DNA of 64,000 nt from Thermoleophilia bacterium (GTDB taxonomy: Bacteria > Actinomycetota > Thermoleophilia > Gaiellales > Gaiellaceae): NCBI GenBank assembly GCA_009694305.1, contig SHVL01000003.1:1508-65507 (forward strand), in the 5' to 3' direction. The position numbers were made by a program, and so were the translations under genes. Below, piece after piece: positions 36,133 through 45,815 of this stretch. Each line of letters begins with the position of its first letter. Position 1 is the stretch's first letter. Under the pieces are notes generated by a model. It ran no database searches, was not told where the DNA came from, and saw nothing but the letters and a program-made list of their open reading frames with translations.

Positions 36133-37806
36133 GTGTCGAGTGCCGCGTACGCCCTTCCAGCCCCCGATCTCGTCCTCGACCGCTACCGCCCCCTGCGGCC
36201 GCTCGGACGAGGGGGCTCGGGCTCCGTCTGGCTCGCGAGAGACGAGCGTACGGGCCGCGAAGTCGCGCTCAAGATCGTGCCCCGGGAGGGCAAGCGCGCA
36301 TCGCGCGCGGCCCGAGAGATGGAGGCGGCCTCGCGGCTCCGTCATGAACGATGCGTCCGCGCCTACGACTTCGGCGGGGACAGTGGCCACGTCTACATCG
36401 CCTACGAGTACGTTCAGGGACAGACGATGCGGGAAGCGCTCCGCGGCGGGACGCTCAGCGACCGCGATGCCATCGAGGCAGCGGCACAGATTCTCGACGC
36501 CCTCGCACACGCCCACCACCTGGGAATCGTCCATCGGGACGTGAAGCCGTCGAACGTCCTCGTGGAAGAGGGGTCGGTGATCTCGATCCGCCTCCTCGAC
36601 TTCGGGCTTGCACAGTTCGACGAGGCAGACACCCTGACGGCGGTCGGGGACGTTCCCGGCACACTCGCCTACATCGCTCCCGAACGTCTCGGTGGAAGCG
36701 ACGCCAGCACCGCGAGTGACATCTGGTCTGTGGGCGTCGTACTCTGGGAGTCACTCGCTGGCCAGCACCCGTTCTGGGGCGTGCCACTGCCTCAGGTCGC
36801 AGCGGCAATCGAGGCGGGCGCTGCTCCGATCGGTGAGACCCGACGCGATCTCCCGTCCGCTCTCGCCGCCGCTGTCTCGTCTGCGCTCGCGATCGACCCG
36901 GCGCGACGTCCTTCGGCCAGGGCTCTGGCCCGAGACCTCCGGGAGGCTCTGGACGAACCAGCGGTTGATCGGACGGGCCGTACACGACACCGGAAGGCAG
37001 CACCTGCGCCGAAAGCGGCGACCGCAGCGCTTCCGATCGAGCGTCGTCTCGTGCCGGCCTGCATCGCCGTCGTCACGGTCGTGATCGGAGCAACATTGCT
37101 CCCGTTCTGGCCAGCCGCCCTCGTACTATTCCTCGCACTAGCGGCAGGGCTCGCGATGCTCCGGGCTCCCCGTGTCGGACTCGCAGTTACGCTCTTTGTC
37201 CCCGTTTTCCCACTCGGCAATGTTGCGCAGGCGGCGGCCGTCGTGTACGCCGCCCTCGCCATAGCCTGGCTCGCCCTCTGGTGGCGCGACGCACGCGCCG
37301 GCCTCCTGTTCGTCGCAGGCCCCGTGCTCGCCTCGATCGGTGCTCTTGCGCTCCTGCCTCTCGCAGTTGCGCCCGTGCGTGGGTGGGCCCGCCGTGCACT
37401 GCTCGCATTCATGGGTGTGCTCACTGCGGTCGCGGTCGCCGGCCTCCGGGGAAGCCCGCTCCCGCTCACGGGCGTTTCCGTGCCAGATCTCGGGGTCGCT
37501 GGCTCGACGAGCGCCGTAGCGGTTCTCCGTCCCCTGGCGGCGCTGCTGCAGAGCAACGTCGGACTGGTCTCCGTCGCACTCGTGCTGGCCCTCTCGGCAG
37601 CCCTTCTGCCCGGCGCTCGCAAACGAGGGCTCCTCGGTGTCGGTCTCCTCGGTGTCGGTCAGGCCGGTCTGATTCTCCTCCTCGCACCGACCCTGAAGAC
37701 TCTCTCCCTCGTGCTCGGAACGTGCATCCTGTGCGGAATTCTCGCGGCTCTCCCGCTCCTTGCTGGTCGCTATCCTTGGCCGACAAGTCGGCGACTTCCG
37801 TCATGA
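36133..37806 (+). CDS. Ser/Thr protein kinase with polytopic C-terminal membrane domain
   Basis: Kinase motifs are GRGGSGSVWLA, VALKIV, HRDVKPSNVLV, DFGLA and APE. The C-terminal roughly 270 aa is almost entirely hydrophobic, with about 8 TM. The start is uncertain: GTG at 36133 was chosen and GTG at 36073 is possible. Confidence 0.8.
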   Translation: MSSAAYALPAPDLVLDRYRPLRPLGRGGSGSVWLARDERTGREVALKIVPREGKRASRAAREMEAASRLRHERCVRAYDFGGDSGHVYIAYEYVQGQTMREALRGGTLSDRDAIEAAAQILDALAHAHHLGIVHRDVKPSNVLVEEGSVISIRLLDFGLAQFDEADTLTAVGDVPGTLAYIAPERLGGSDASTASDIWSVGVVLWESLAGQHPFWGVPLPQVAAAIEAGAAPIGETRRDLPSALAAAVSSALAIDPARRPSARALARDLREALDEPAVDRTGRTRHRKAAPAPKAATAALPIERRLVPACIAVVTVVIGATLLPFWPAALVLFLALAAGLAMLRAPRVGLAVTLFVPVFPLGNVAQAAAVVYAALAIAWLALWWRDARAGLLFVAGPVLASIGALALLPLAVAPVRGWARRALLAFMGVLTAVAVAGLRGSPLPLTGVSVPDLGVAGSTSAVAVLRPLAALLQSNVGLVSVALVLALSAALLPGARKRGLLGVGLLGVGQAGLILLLAPTLKTLSLVLGTCILCGILAALPLLAGRYPWPTSRRLPS

Positions 37807-38600
37807 GCGTGCTGCGCACCATCGAAAGCAAGATCGAGGGCCTTTTCGAGGGCCTCTTCGGGCGCGCTTTCAGAACACACGTCCAGCCCGTCGAGTTGGC
37901 CCGGAAGCTTGCCAAGGAGATGGACGAGCACCGCTCGGTCTCGATCTCACGGGTCTACGTTCCCAACGAGTACACGATCTACCTCTCGAGCGCCGACCGG
38001 CAGGAGTTCGCCTCGTACGAGGGCTCGCTCATCGGTGAACTGCAGGAGTATCTGACCGAGCACGCCCGACGTGAGGCGTACGCGTTGTTGACGCCGCCTC
38101 GCGTGCGTTTCGCAACCGACGACGACCTTGCCGTCGGTGAGTTCGGGATTGCAACGCGCGTGGCTCAGCCCCAGGAAGGTGTCCCCGCCCCCCCCGCGCT
38201 CCCCGCGCTGACGCCGGTAGTGCCGCCGCCGCTGGCTGCAACGACCACCATGATCTACAGGCAGGGTGAGCAGGAAGCAGTTGCACCCGTCGTGCCGCCC
38301 GTTCGCGCGCCCGAACCCGAGATCGTCACCCTCACCGTGGAGGGACGGTCGCACCCGGTCACGCCCACCGGGTTCGTCGTCGGGCGTTCCCGCGAGTGCG
38401 ACCTTTGCGTCAGCGACGGCAACGCGTCACGCCGTCACGCCGAGGTGGTGCTCGAGGGCACGTCGTACTTCGTCGTCGATCTGGGCTCCACGAACGGCAC
38501 CGAGTTGAACGGCCGGAGGATCATGCGAGAGGCGCTGGCCGACGGTGACCGCATCACTATCGGTGCGACCGACCTCGTCTTCGGTCGCGCGCTTCCGTAG
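37803..38600 (+). CDS. fhaA: FhaA-like protein (DUF3662 N-domain plus C-terminal FHA)
   Basis: The N-terminus is MSVLRTIESKIEGLFEGLFGRAF. The C-terminal FHA reads GRSRECDLCVSDGNASRRHAEV...VDLGSTNGTELNG. ATGA overlap with the kinase. Confidence 0.85.
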   Translation: MSVLRTIESKIEGLFEGLFGRAFRTHVQPVELARKLAKEMDEHRSVSISRVYVPNEYTIYLSSADRQEFASYEGSLIGELQEYLTEHARREAYALLTPPRVRFATDDDLAVGEFGIATRVAQPQEGVPAPPALPALTPVVPPPLAATTTMIYRQGEQEAVAPVVPPVRAPEPEIVTLTVEGRSHPVTPTGFVVGRSRECDLCVSDGNASRRHAEVVLEGTSYFVVDLGSTNGTELNGRRIMREALADGDRITIGATDLVFGRALP

Positions 38601-38601
38601 C

Positions 38602-39093
38602 GTGACGACGGCCCTCGATACCGAGCAGACGCTGCTCGTGCTGAAGATCGCGTTTCTCGTGCTCCTGTACCTCTTCATCTGGGCCGTCGTGCGATCCGTC
38701 ACCCGGGATCTCCGGTCGGTGCCGCAGGAGTCGATCGTACTCAGCGCCAAGGAGGCGAACGAGCTCAGGGCACGCTACGAGCCGGTTGTGCCCACGCCTT
38801 TCGCCCGCATCCTCGTACTCGAAAGCCCGACGCTGCAGCCCGGTAGCACGATCGAGCTGCGGGAGCCGACCCGGGTCGGTCGTGGCGGTGAAAACACCAT
38901 CCGGCTCGACGGCGACGACTTCGCGTCAACACGGCATGCCATGCTCGAACCGCGCCCGGACGGTCTCTGGGTCGAGGACATCGGTTCGACGAACGGCACG
39001 CTCGTCAACGGCGCTCGCGTCACGACCGCCCGGCTGCTCGTACCGGGCGACGTCGTCCGAATCGGCAAGACGGATCTGCAGGTGGAGACGTGA
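38602..39093 (+). CDS. fhaB: FhaB/FipA-like TM plus FHA protein
   Basis: It has an N-terminal TM and the FHA region VGRGGENTIRLDGDDFASTRHAML...IGSTNGTLVNG. Confidence 0.82.
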   Translation: MTTALDTEQTLLVLKIAFLVLLYLFIWAVVRSVTRDLRSVPQESIVLSAKEANELRARYEPVVPTPFARILVLESPTLQPGSTIELREPTRVGRGGENTIRLDGDDFASTRHAMLEPRPDGLWVEDIGSTNGTLVNGARVTTARLLVPGDVVRIGKTDLQVET

Positions 39094-40007
39094 GAACCGG
39101 CCGCGGGAGCGCGCTCACCGACACCGGTCGTCGGCGGCTGCACAACGAGGACACCTTCGTCTGCGAACCACCGCTCTTTGCGGTGGCCGACGGTGTGGGC
39201 GGTGCCCAGGCAGGCGAGGTCGCCTCTCTCCTCGCCGCAGCGACGCTCGAAGAACGGGCAGCGGGCGCCCTTGGTGAGGAGACGCTCACGACGCTGATCG
39301 TCGAGGCAAACAACCGGATCTACGCCCGTGCGTTCGATGATCCGGCTGCCGCCGGGATGGGAACGGTCGTCACCGCCCTGCTCGTGGACGAGACCGCCGG
39401 CACGGTTTCGATCGGCCACGTCGGTGACTCCCGGGCATACCGCCTCCGGGACGGAGCCCTCGAGCAACTGACGCCCGACCACTCGCTGGTCGGCGAGCTG
39501 GTTCGCTCCGGGCGCCTTTCGATCGAGGAGGCAGAACAGCACCCGCACCGATCCGTGATCACGCGCGCGGTCGGCACCGAGCCCCTCGTCGAAGTCCACA
39601 CCGACACGCTCCCGGCCCTGCCCGGTGATCTCTATCTGATCTGCTCCGACGGGCTCACCGACATGGTCAAGGACACGCTGATCGTCGAGTTGATCGTCGC
39701 AGCCGACCTCGACCCGGACAGGGCGGCCGAGGCGCTCGTTGACGCCGCAAACGCTGCGGGTGGAATCGACAACATCACGGTCCTCCTCTTCGAGATCCTG
39801 GCTGGAGACCCGGTCTCGGGCCCGACACCGGCAGTCCCTGCCCCCGTCAGTGAGGTGGAGATAGAGATGGAGGTGGAGGTCGCGGCACCTGCCGCACCGG
39901 TGCACCGCCACGGTGCGGGGGCGGGCGGCCGTTGGGTGGCTCTCCTGACGATCCTCCTGGCAATCGCAATCGCCGCGTTCGTCATCTGGTGGAGCCTCAA
40001 GCGGTGA
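39090..40007 (+). CDS. pstP: PP2C Ser/Thr phosphatase with C-terminal TM (PstP-like)
   Basis: Motifs include NEDTF, VADGVGG and CSDGLTD, with a C-terminal TM WVALLTILLAIAIAAFVIWW. Confidence 0.88.
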   Translation: MRTGRGSALTDTGRRRLHNEDTFVCEPPLFAVADGVGGAQAGEVASLLAAATLEERAAGALGEETLTTLIVEANNRIYARAFDDPAAAGMGTVVTALLVDETAGTVSIGHVGDSRAYRLRDGALEQLTPDHSLVGELVRSGRLSIEEAEQHPHRSVITRAVGTEPLVEVHTDTLPALPGDLYLICSDGLTDMVKDTLIVELIVAADLDPDRAAEALVDAANAAGGIDNITVLLFEILAGDPVSGPTPAVPAPVSEVEIEMEVEVAAPAAPVHRHGAGAGGRWVALLTILLAIAIAAFVIWWSLKR

Positions 40008-41314
40008 GCGCGCGGAACAGGGAGCTCCTCAACCTCGGTTTCGCTGCTCTCGTTGCCTCGGCTGCGTTCGCCAGCGTCTCCATCGTCGGTACCGGGCTCG
40101 TGACGACGCACTGGCTCGGGTACGTCGGAGTGATCTTCGGTCTCTACCTCGTTGCACACGTGGTTGGCCGCTTCGCGGTTCCCTACGCCGACCCGACGCT
40201 CCTCCCGATCGTTGGCCTCCTCACGGCGATAGGGCTCACGGTTATCTACCGGCTCGGCCCCGAGGATGCGCGCCGACAGGCTGTCTGGATAGCCATCGGG
40301 ATCGGGATTCTCTGCGCAACGCTCTTCTGGCTGCGCTTCGACTACCGCGTGCTCGAGCGCTACAAGTACCTCTTCGGGATCTCCGCGATCGTTCTGCTGA
40401 TGCTGCCGTCTATCCCCGGCCTCGGCCACCGGGTCAACGGTGCCAATCTCTGGATCAAGGTCGGCGCGATGCAGTTCCAGCCGGGAGAGCTCGCAAAGAT
40501 CTTCATGATCATCTTCCTCGCCGGCTACCTGCGCGACAAGCGAGAGGCCCTGGCGCAGGGTCGGCTCAAGGATCTCGGGCCTCTGCTCCTGATCTGGGGG
40601 GCCGCGATGCTCGTGCTCGTGCAGACGAGCGATCTGGGCTCGGCGCTGCTCAACTTCGGCATCTTCCTGGCAATGGTCTATGCCGCTACCGGACGGCTCG
40701 TGTACGTGGGTGCCGGGATCGCACTCTTTCTTGCAGGCTCCGCCGCGCTCTACAACGCCCTCGACCGCGTGCAACAGCGCGTTACCGTCTGGCTGCACCC
40801 GTGGACTGACGACAAGGTGTTCTGCGCGATCAACGGGAAGCTCGAATACCGGCAGAACTGCGACTCCTACCAGCTCGTCAAGAGCCTGTACTCGATCGCG
40901 AACGGCGGCTTCGGCGGCACCGGACTCGGTAAGGGGACGTTCACGACGGTTGACGGAGTCCAGCTGATCCCGTACCTCAACACCGACTTCATCTACTCAG
41001 CGATCGCACAGGAGGCCGGTCTGATCGGGGCCGCCGCCGTGCTGCTCCTCGTGATGGTGTTGGTGGCGAGGGGCATGCGGATCGCCCTGATCGCCCAGGA
41101 CGGTTTCTCGAAGCTCCTCGTGACCGGCCTCACGTTCGGGCTTGCCCTGCAGACGTTCATCATCGTCGGTGGCGTGCTCCGCGTCGTGCCGTTGACGGGA
41201 ATCACGCTGCCGTTCATCTCCTACGGCGGCTCCTCGATCCTTGCGAACTTCGTCATGCTCGCGCTGCTGCTTCTCGTCTCGAATCGGGCGACCGCAACGG
41301 CAGTCAACCGGTGA
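40004..41314 (+). CDS. rodA: FtsW/RodA/SpoVE family peptidoglycan polymerase
   Basis: This polytopic protein has QPGELAKI, NGGFGGTGLGKG and PFISYGGSS. The GTG start overlaps the pstP stop. Confidence 0.88.
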   Translation: MSARNRELLNLGFAALVASAAFASVSIVGTGLVTTHWLGYVGVIFGLYLVAHVVGRFAVPYADPTLLPIVGLLTAIGLTVIYRLGPEDARRQAVWIAIGIGILCATLFWLRFDYRVLERYKYLFGISAIVLLMLPSIPGLGHRVNGANLWIKVGAMQFQPGELAKIFMIIFLAGYLRDKREALAQGRLKDLGPLLLIWGAAMLVLVQTSDLGSALLNFGIFLAMVYAATGRLVYVGAGIALFLAGSAALYNALDRVQQRVTVWLHPWTDDKVFCAINGKLEYRQNCDSYQLVKSLYSIANGGFGGTGLGKGTFTTVDGVQLIPYLNTDFIYSAIAQEAGLIGAAAVLLLVMVLVARGMRIALIAQDGFSKLLVTGLTFGLALQTFIIVGGVLRVVPLTGITLPFISYGGSSILANFVMLALLLLVSNRATATAVNR

Positions 41315-42789
41315 ACCGTCAGATCTCCCGTGTCGCCGGCCTCGCCATGGGCCTGATGATCGTCCTGATCGTCGTGACAACGTACTGGCAGACATGGGCG
41401 CGCCCTTCCCTCGCGGAGCGGCAGGACAACGCGATCCAGCGGGTCGCCCAGTTCGAGATACGACGTGGCCCGATCCTCTCTCCGTCACGTGTGCTGGCAC
41501 GGAACCGGGAGCGCCATGTCGGAGAGCGGACCTTCTATCTCAGGCGGTACCCGCAGGGGCAATTCACCGCACACGTCGTCGGCTACTCCACGGTCGCCCG
41601 GGCACGAACCGGTCTGGAGCGGTCACTCAACTCGATCTTGACAGGGGCGGATCACAGCCTCTCCTCCCTCGTTGACCAGTCTCTCGACCGCCTCAATGGG
41701 AGGCCTATCGTCGGCGACACCGTCGTGACGACACTCGACGTGAACGGCCAGCGTGTGGCCCTCGAGGCTCTCGGCTCCCGCTGCGGCGCCGTCGTAGCGC
41801 TCGATCCGCAAACGGGCCGCGTGCGCGTCATGGTGTCGTCTCCGAGCTACAACCCGAACGATGTCGAGGACAACTTCGGCCGTATCGAGAAGATCCGTGC
41901 CGACTGCACTCCAGCCTCTCCCCTCCTCAACCGGGCGAGTCAGGGCCTCTACCCACCGGGCTCGACGTTCAAGGTCGTGACGGCCTCGGCGGCACTCGAC
42001 TCGCGGAAGTTCACGACGGCCTCCACCTTCGTCGATCCGGGGTACTGCACGGTCTACGGCAAGAGGGTGAACAACTTCGACACGAGCCGCCCCTTTGGCA
42101 GAGTGACGCTCGCTACGGCCCTGCAGTACTCGGTCAACTCGGTGTTCTGCAACATCGGGCTCGCCCTCGGTGCGAAGGCGATCCTCAGGCAGGCAAAGGC
42201 CTTCGGATTCTACGAGCGGCCACCTCTCGAGACACCCGAGAGCGAGCGGCTGCCGAGCGGCCTCTACCGTGGCCGCGAGCTCTACGATCCACGTCGTGAC
42301 CGTGATGTGGATCCCGGTCGGATGGCGTTCGGCCAGGAGCGGCTGCTCGTCACCCCCCTGCAGATGGCGATGGTCGTGGGCGCGATCGGCAACGACGGCA
42401 TCCTTATGCGCCCGTTTGTCGTCGAAAAGACCGTGACCCCGAACGGCAAGACCAGCTTCCGTACCCGCCCAACGAAGATTCGCCGGGCGGTCACCCCTGC
42501 GACCGCCCGGGACGTCGGCGACATGATGGTGCGGGCCGTCCAGGCGGGAACGGGCACCGCCGCGCAGATCTCCGGCCTGCGGATCGGCGGCAAGACCGGT
42601 ACGGCGGAAACCGGAATAACCGGGAGCAACACCACCTGGTTCATCGCGTTCGCCGGCGCAGAGGGCCAGAAGCCGAGACTCGCAATTGCCGTCGTCCTCC
42701 AGAATCAGTCACTGACAGGCGGCGCAACGGCTGCCCCCATCGCACGACAGGTAATGCAGGCACTCTTGACACCGACGGCGAAGAACTAG
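41311..42789 (+). CDS. pbpA: Class B penicillin-binding protein (PbpA-like transpeptidase)
   Basis: It carries SxxK (PPGSTFK), SxN (YSVNS) and KTG (GKTGTA). Confidence 0.88.
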   Translation: MNRQISRVAGLAMGLMIVLIVVTTYWQTWARPSLAERQDNAIQRVAQFEIRRGPILSPSRVLARNRERHVGERTFYLRRYPQGQFTAHVVGYSTVARARTGLERSLNSILTGADHSLSSLVDQSLDRLNGRPIVGDTVVTTLDVNGQRVALEALGSRCGAVVALDPQTGRVRVMVSSPSYNPNDVEDNFGRIEKIRADCTPASPLLNRASQGLYPPGSTFKVVTASAALDSRKFTTASTFVDPGYCTVYGKRVNNFDTSRPFGRVTLATALQYSVNSVFCNIGLALGAKAILRQAKAFGFYERPPLETPESERLPSGLYRGRELYDPRRDRDVDPGRMAFGQERLLVTPLQMAMVVGAIGNDGILMRPFVVEKTVTPNGKTSFRTRPTKIRRAVTPATARDVGDMMVRAVQAGTGTAAQISGLRIGGKTGTAETGITGSNTTWFIAFAGAEGQKPRLAIAVVLQNQSLTGGATAAPIARQVMQALLTPTAKN

Positions 42790-42801
42790 ACGACCCGTTT
42801 T

Positions 42802-44772
42802 ATGGCGCACAACGACCTCACCGGCACCCTCTTCGCAGACCGCTACCGCATCGAGCGCAAGCTTGGCTCGGGTGGGATGGCCGACGTCTGGCTCGCGGAG
42901 GATCAGGAGCTCGGTCGTCGCGTCGCGGTGAAGATCCTCCACGAGCGCTACGCGACGGACGAGCAGTTCGTCGAGCGCTTCCGCCGCGAAGCGACGCACG
43001 CTGCGGGCCTCTCTCACCCGAACATCGTCTCGATCTTCGACCGTGGCGTTGCCGACGGCTCCTACTACATCGTGATGGAGTACATCGAGGGCCGCACGCT
43101 CAAGGAGCTCGTCGTCACGCGTGGGCCATGCCCGGTGCCGGTCGCGATCTCCTACACGCGCCAGATCGTCGCTGCACTGCGGTACGCGCACAAGAACGGG
43201 ATCATCCACCGGGATATCAAGCCGCACAACGTGCTGGTAGACCGCGAGGGGCGCGTCAAGGTCGCAGACTTCGGCATCGCTCGCGCCGGGGCAAGCGAGA
43301 TGACCGAGCCAGGGTCGATCGTGGGAACGGCGCAGTACCTCTCGCCCGAGCAGGCCCGTGGCGCTCCGGTGGACGAGAGCTCCGACCTGTACTCGACGGG
43401 AATCGTCCTCTACGAGCTGCTGACCGGGACGGTGCCGTTCACGGGAGAGACGCCTGTCGAGATCGCCATGAAGCATCTCTCCCAGGCGCCGGAGCCACCG
43501 TCTGCCCGTCGGCCAGAGATTCCGCACGACCTCGATCTCGTCGTCCTCCGAGCACTTGCGAAGGAGCCGGGCGAGCGCTACCGGTCGGCCTCCGACTTCG
43601 ACCACGATCTCGAACTCGTCGCCCGTGGTGACGCGGTCGGGTCGGAGACGGCGGCCGCGGCAACGATGGTCCTTGCCGGTGCCGGTGCCGGTGCAATGGG
43701 TGCGACGGCCGTGACACGGGTTGGCGCAACCCTCCCGCCGGCGGCGGGGGCATCCTCCGCGGGTGACGAGCGCTACCGGGCGTACGACGCTGCGGTGGTT
43801 CGCAGACGAAGCCCCTGGCCCTGGATATTCCTGGTCATCGCGCTCCTTGCGCTGGGAGTGGGAGGATGGTTCCTGTACGGCAACGTGCAGGAACAGATCG
43901 AGAGCAACAAGCCGCTCGTCGTCGAGCAGTACACGGGCATTCTCGAGGTGCGCGCAGTCGATCTGATCATCAGTGACGGCTTCGAGCCGAATGTCCGCCG
44001 CGTCCCGAACGGCGATCAGCCTGCGGGCATCGTGTTCAACCAGTCACCGGTCGAGGGGACGGCGCTCCCGCGTGGCAGCATCGTGACGATCCTCGTCTCC
44101 ACGGGAAAGAAGAGCGTGAGGGTGCCCTCTGTCGTCGGCTCCCAGGTGACCGATGCGGTCGCCACCCTTACGAGGGCAGGCCTCGTGGCGAAGAGCGTCG
44201 GTGTTCCGTCCGACAAGCCGGCGGGCACGGTCACCGCCCAGGATCCGGCAGCGGGCACCTCGCTCGTCGAGGGGGCGACGGTTCGGATCAACTACTCGTC
44301 GGGGCCCAAACAGGTCGCCGTACCCCCCGTCGTGGGGCTCGACTACTCGGCCGCGCTCCAGCAACTCCAGGCAGCCGGCTTTGCCGTCGCCCGCACCGAC
44401 GTCGAAAGCGAGCAGCCTGCGGGCGTCGTCGTGAGCCAGGTGCCCACGGGCTCGTCTACCGCGACAAAGGGCTCGACGATCACGCTCTCGGTGTCGAATG
44501 GCCCGCAGACAACGCCTGTCCCGGACGTCACCGGCCTCACGGCAGCCGCCGCGAAGACGACGTTGGCCGATGCCGGCTTCAAGGTCATCGTGACCGATCA
44601 GGAGACCGACATCGAGACCTTCGACGGCGTCGTCATCTCGCAGGACCCGCTGGGCAACACCCAGCAGGACCCAAACACGGTGATCACGCTGTTCGTCGGC
44701 GTATACGTCCCCGTAGTGACAACCCCGGCCGATACGACAACCACGGTCATCGCGCCGCCGACAACGCCATGA
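42802..44772 (+). CDS. pknB: Ser/Thr kinase PknB with TM and four PASTA repeats
   Basis: The kinase domain has GSGGMADVWLA, HRDIKPHNVLV and DFGIA. It has a single TM, then four repeats of about 65 aa of the form VP.V.G......A...L...GF. Confidence 0.92.
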   Translation: MAHNDLTGTLFADRYRIERKLGSGGMADVWLAEDQELGRRVAVKILHERYATDEQFVERFRREATHAAGLSHPNIVSIFDRGVADGSYYIVMEYIEGRTLKELVVTRGPCPVPVAISYTRQIVAALRYAHKNGIIHRDIKPHNVLVDREGRVKVADFGIARAGASEMTEPGSIVGTAQYLSPEQARGAPVDESSDLYSTGIVLYELLTGTVPFTGETPVEIAMKHLSQAPEPPSARRPEIPHDLDLVVLRALAKEPGERYRSASDFDHDLELVARGDAVGSETAAAATMVLAGAGAGAMGATAVTRVGATLPPAAGASSAGDERYRAYDAAVVRRRSPWPWIFLVIALLALGVGGWFLYGNVQEQIESNKPLVVEQYTGILEVRAVDLIISDGFEPNVRRVPNGDQPAGIVFNQSPVEGTALPRGSIVTILVSTGKKSVRVPSVVGSQVTDAVATLTRAGLVAKSVGVPSDKPAGTVTAQDPAAGTSLVEGATVRINYSSGPKQVAVPPVVGLDYSAALQQLQAAGFAVARTDVESEQPAGVVVSQVPTGSSTATKGSTITLSVSNGPQTTPVPDVTGLTAAAAKTTLADAGFKVIVTDQETDIETFDGVVISQDPLGNTQQDPNTVITLFVGVYVPVVTTPADTTTTVIAPPTTP

Positions 44773-45785
44773 GCGCGCGACTCCGCGTTGCCGTGCTCGC
44801 GGGTGGGCGCTCGAGCGAGCACGATATCTCACTCGCCTCCGCACGATCGGTCGTGGAGGCGCTCGACCCCGCCCGCTACGAGACGAAGACGATCGAGATA
44901 GGCCGTGACGGCGTCTGGGCCCTGTCTCCGACCCCGGGGCCGGCAGGCCTGCCGGCAGCAGCGCACGAGAGCCTGCCAATCCCGACGTCGGCCGCTCCAC
45001 GGGCGCTTGGCGGCGTCGATATCGTCCTGCCCATTCTTCACGGGCCTTTCGGCGAGGACGGCACGGTGCAGGGCCTGCTCGAGCTTGCCGACATTCCGTA
45101 TGTCGGTGCGGGAGTGACGGCGTCCGCCCTCTGCATGGACAAGGACCTCTTCAAGGCCGTGCTCCGTGACCGCGGCATCCCCGTTGCCGCGAGTGTCACG
45201 CTCCGCACCGGCGACGCGGTGGAGAACCCCTTTGGCTATCCCGTCTTCGTCAAGCCGGCACGTCTCGGTTCCTCTGTCGGGATCTCGAAAGCCCGCACGG
45301 CAACCGAGCTCGACGAGGCGGTCGAACTGGCACGACGGCACGACGACAAGGTGCTCGTGGAGGAGTTTCAACCGGGTGTCGAGGTGGAGGTCGGTGTGCT
45401 CGGGAACCGCGAGCCGGTCGCTTCCGTCGTCGGGGAGATCGTCGCGCACGCGGACTGGTACGACTTCGAGGCGAAGTATGCGGAGGGCGGCATGGATCTG
45501 ATCGTCCCCGCACGTCTGCCCGACGAGACGACCGCGGAGGTGCGCCGGCTTGCCGTCGAGGCATTCATCGCAACCGATTGCGAGGGGATGGCACGGGTGG
45601 ACTTCTTCGTTCGCCCCGATGGGCAGGTCATCGTCAACGAGCTCAACACGATCCCGGGGTTCACCGCGACGAGCGTCTACGCACGCCTGTTCGCCGAGAG
45701 CGGTATCTCATACCCTGCCCTACTCGACCGCCTCGTCGAGTTTGCGCTCGAGCGGTACGAGCAGCGGCGGGCGCTTGCGTATTGA
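44769..45785 (+). CDS. ddl: D-alanine--D-alanine ligase
   Basis: It has LHGPFGEDGTVQGLLE, the ATP-grasp core and a C-terminal NELNTIPGFT. The ATG overlaps the pknB stop (ATGA). Confidence 0.92.
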   Translation: MSARLRVAVLAGGRSSEHDISLASARSVVEALDPARYETKTIEIGRDGVWALSPTPGPAGLPAAAHESLPIPTSAAPRALGGVDIVLPILHGPFGEDGTVQGLLELADIPYVGAGVTASALCMDKDLFKAVLRDRGIPVAASVTLRTGDAVENPFGYPVFVKPARLGSSVGISKARTATELDEAVELARRHDDKVLVEEFQPGVEVEVGVLGNREPVASVVGEIVAHADWYDFEAKYAEGGMDLIVPARLPDETTAEVRRLAVEAFIATDCEGMARVDFFVRPDGQVIVNELNTIPGFTATSVYARLFAESGISYPALLDRLVEFALERYEQRRALAY

Positions 45786-45815
45786 GGGCGGGCGCGGGCG
45801 GGACAGGTCGCGCCC

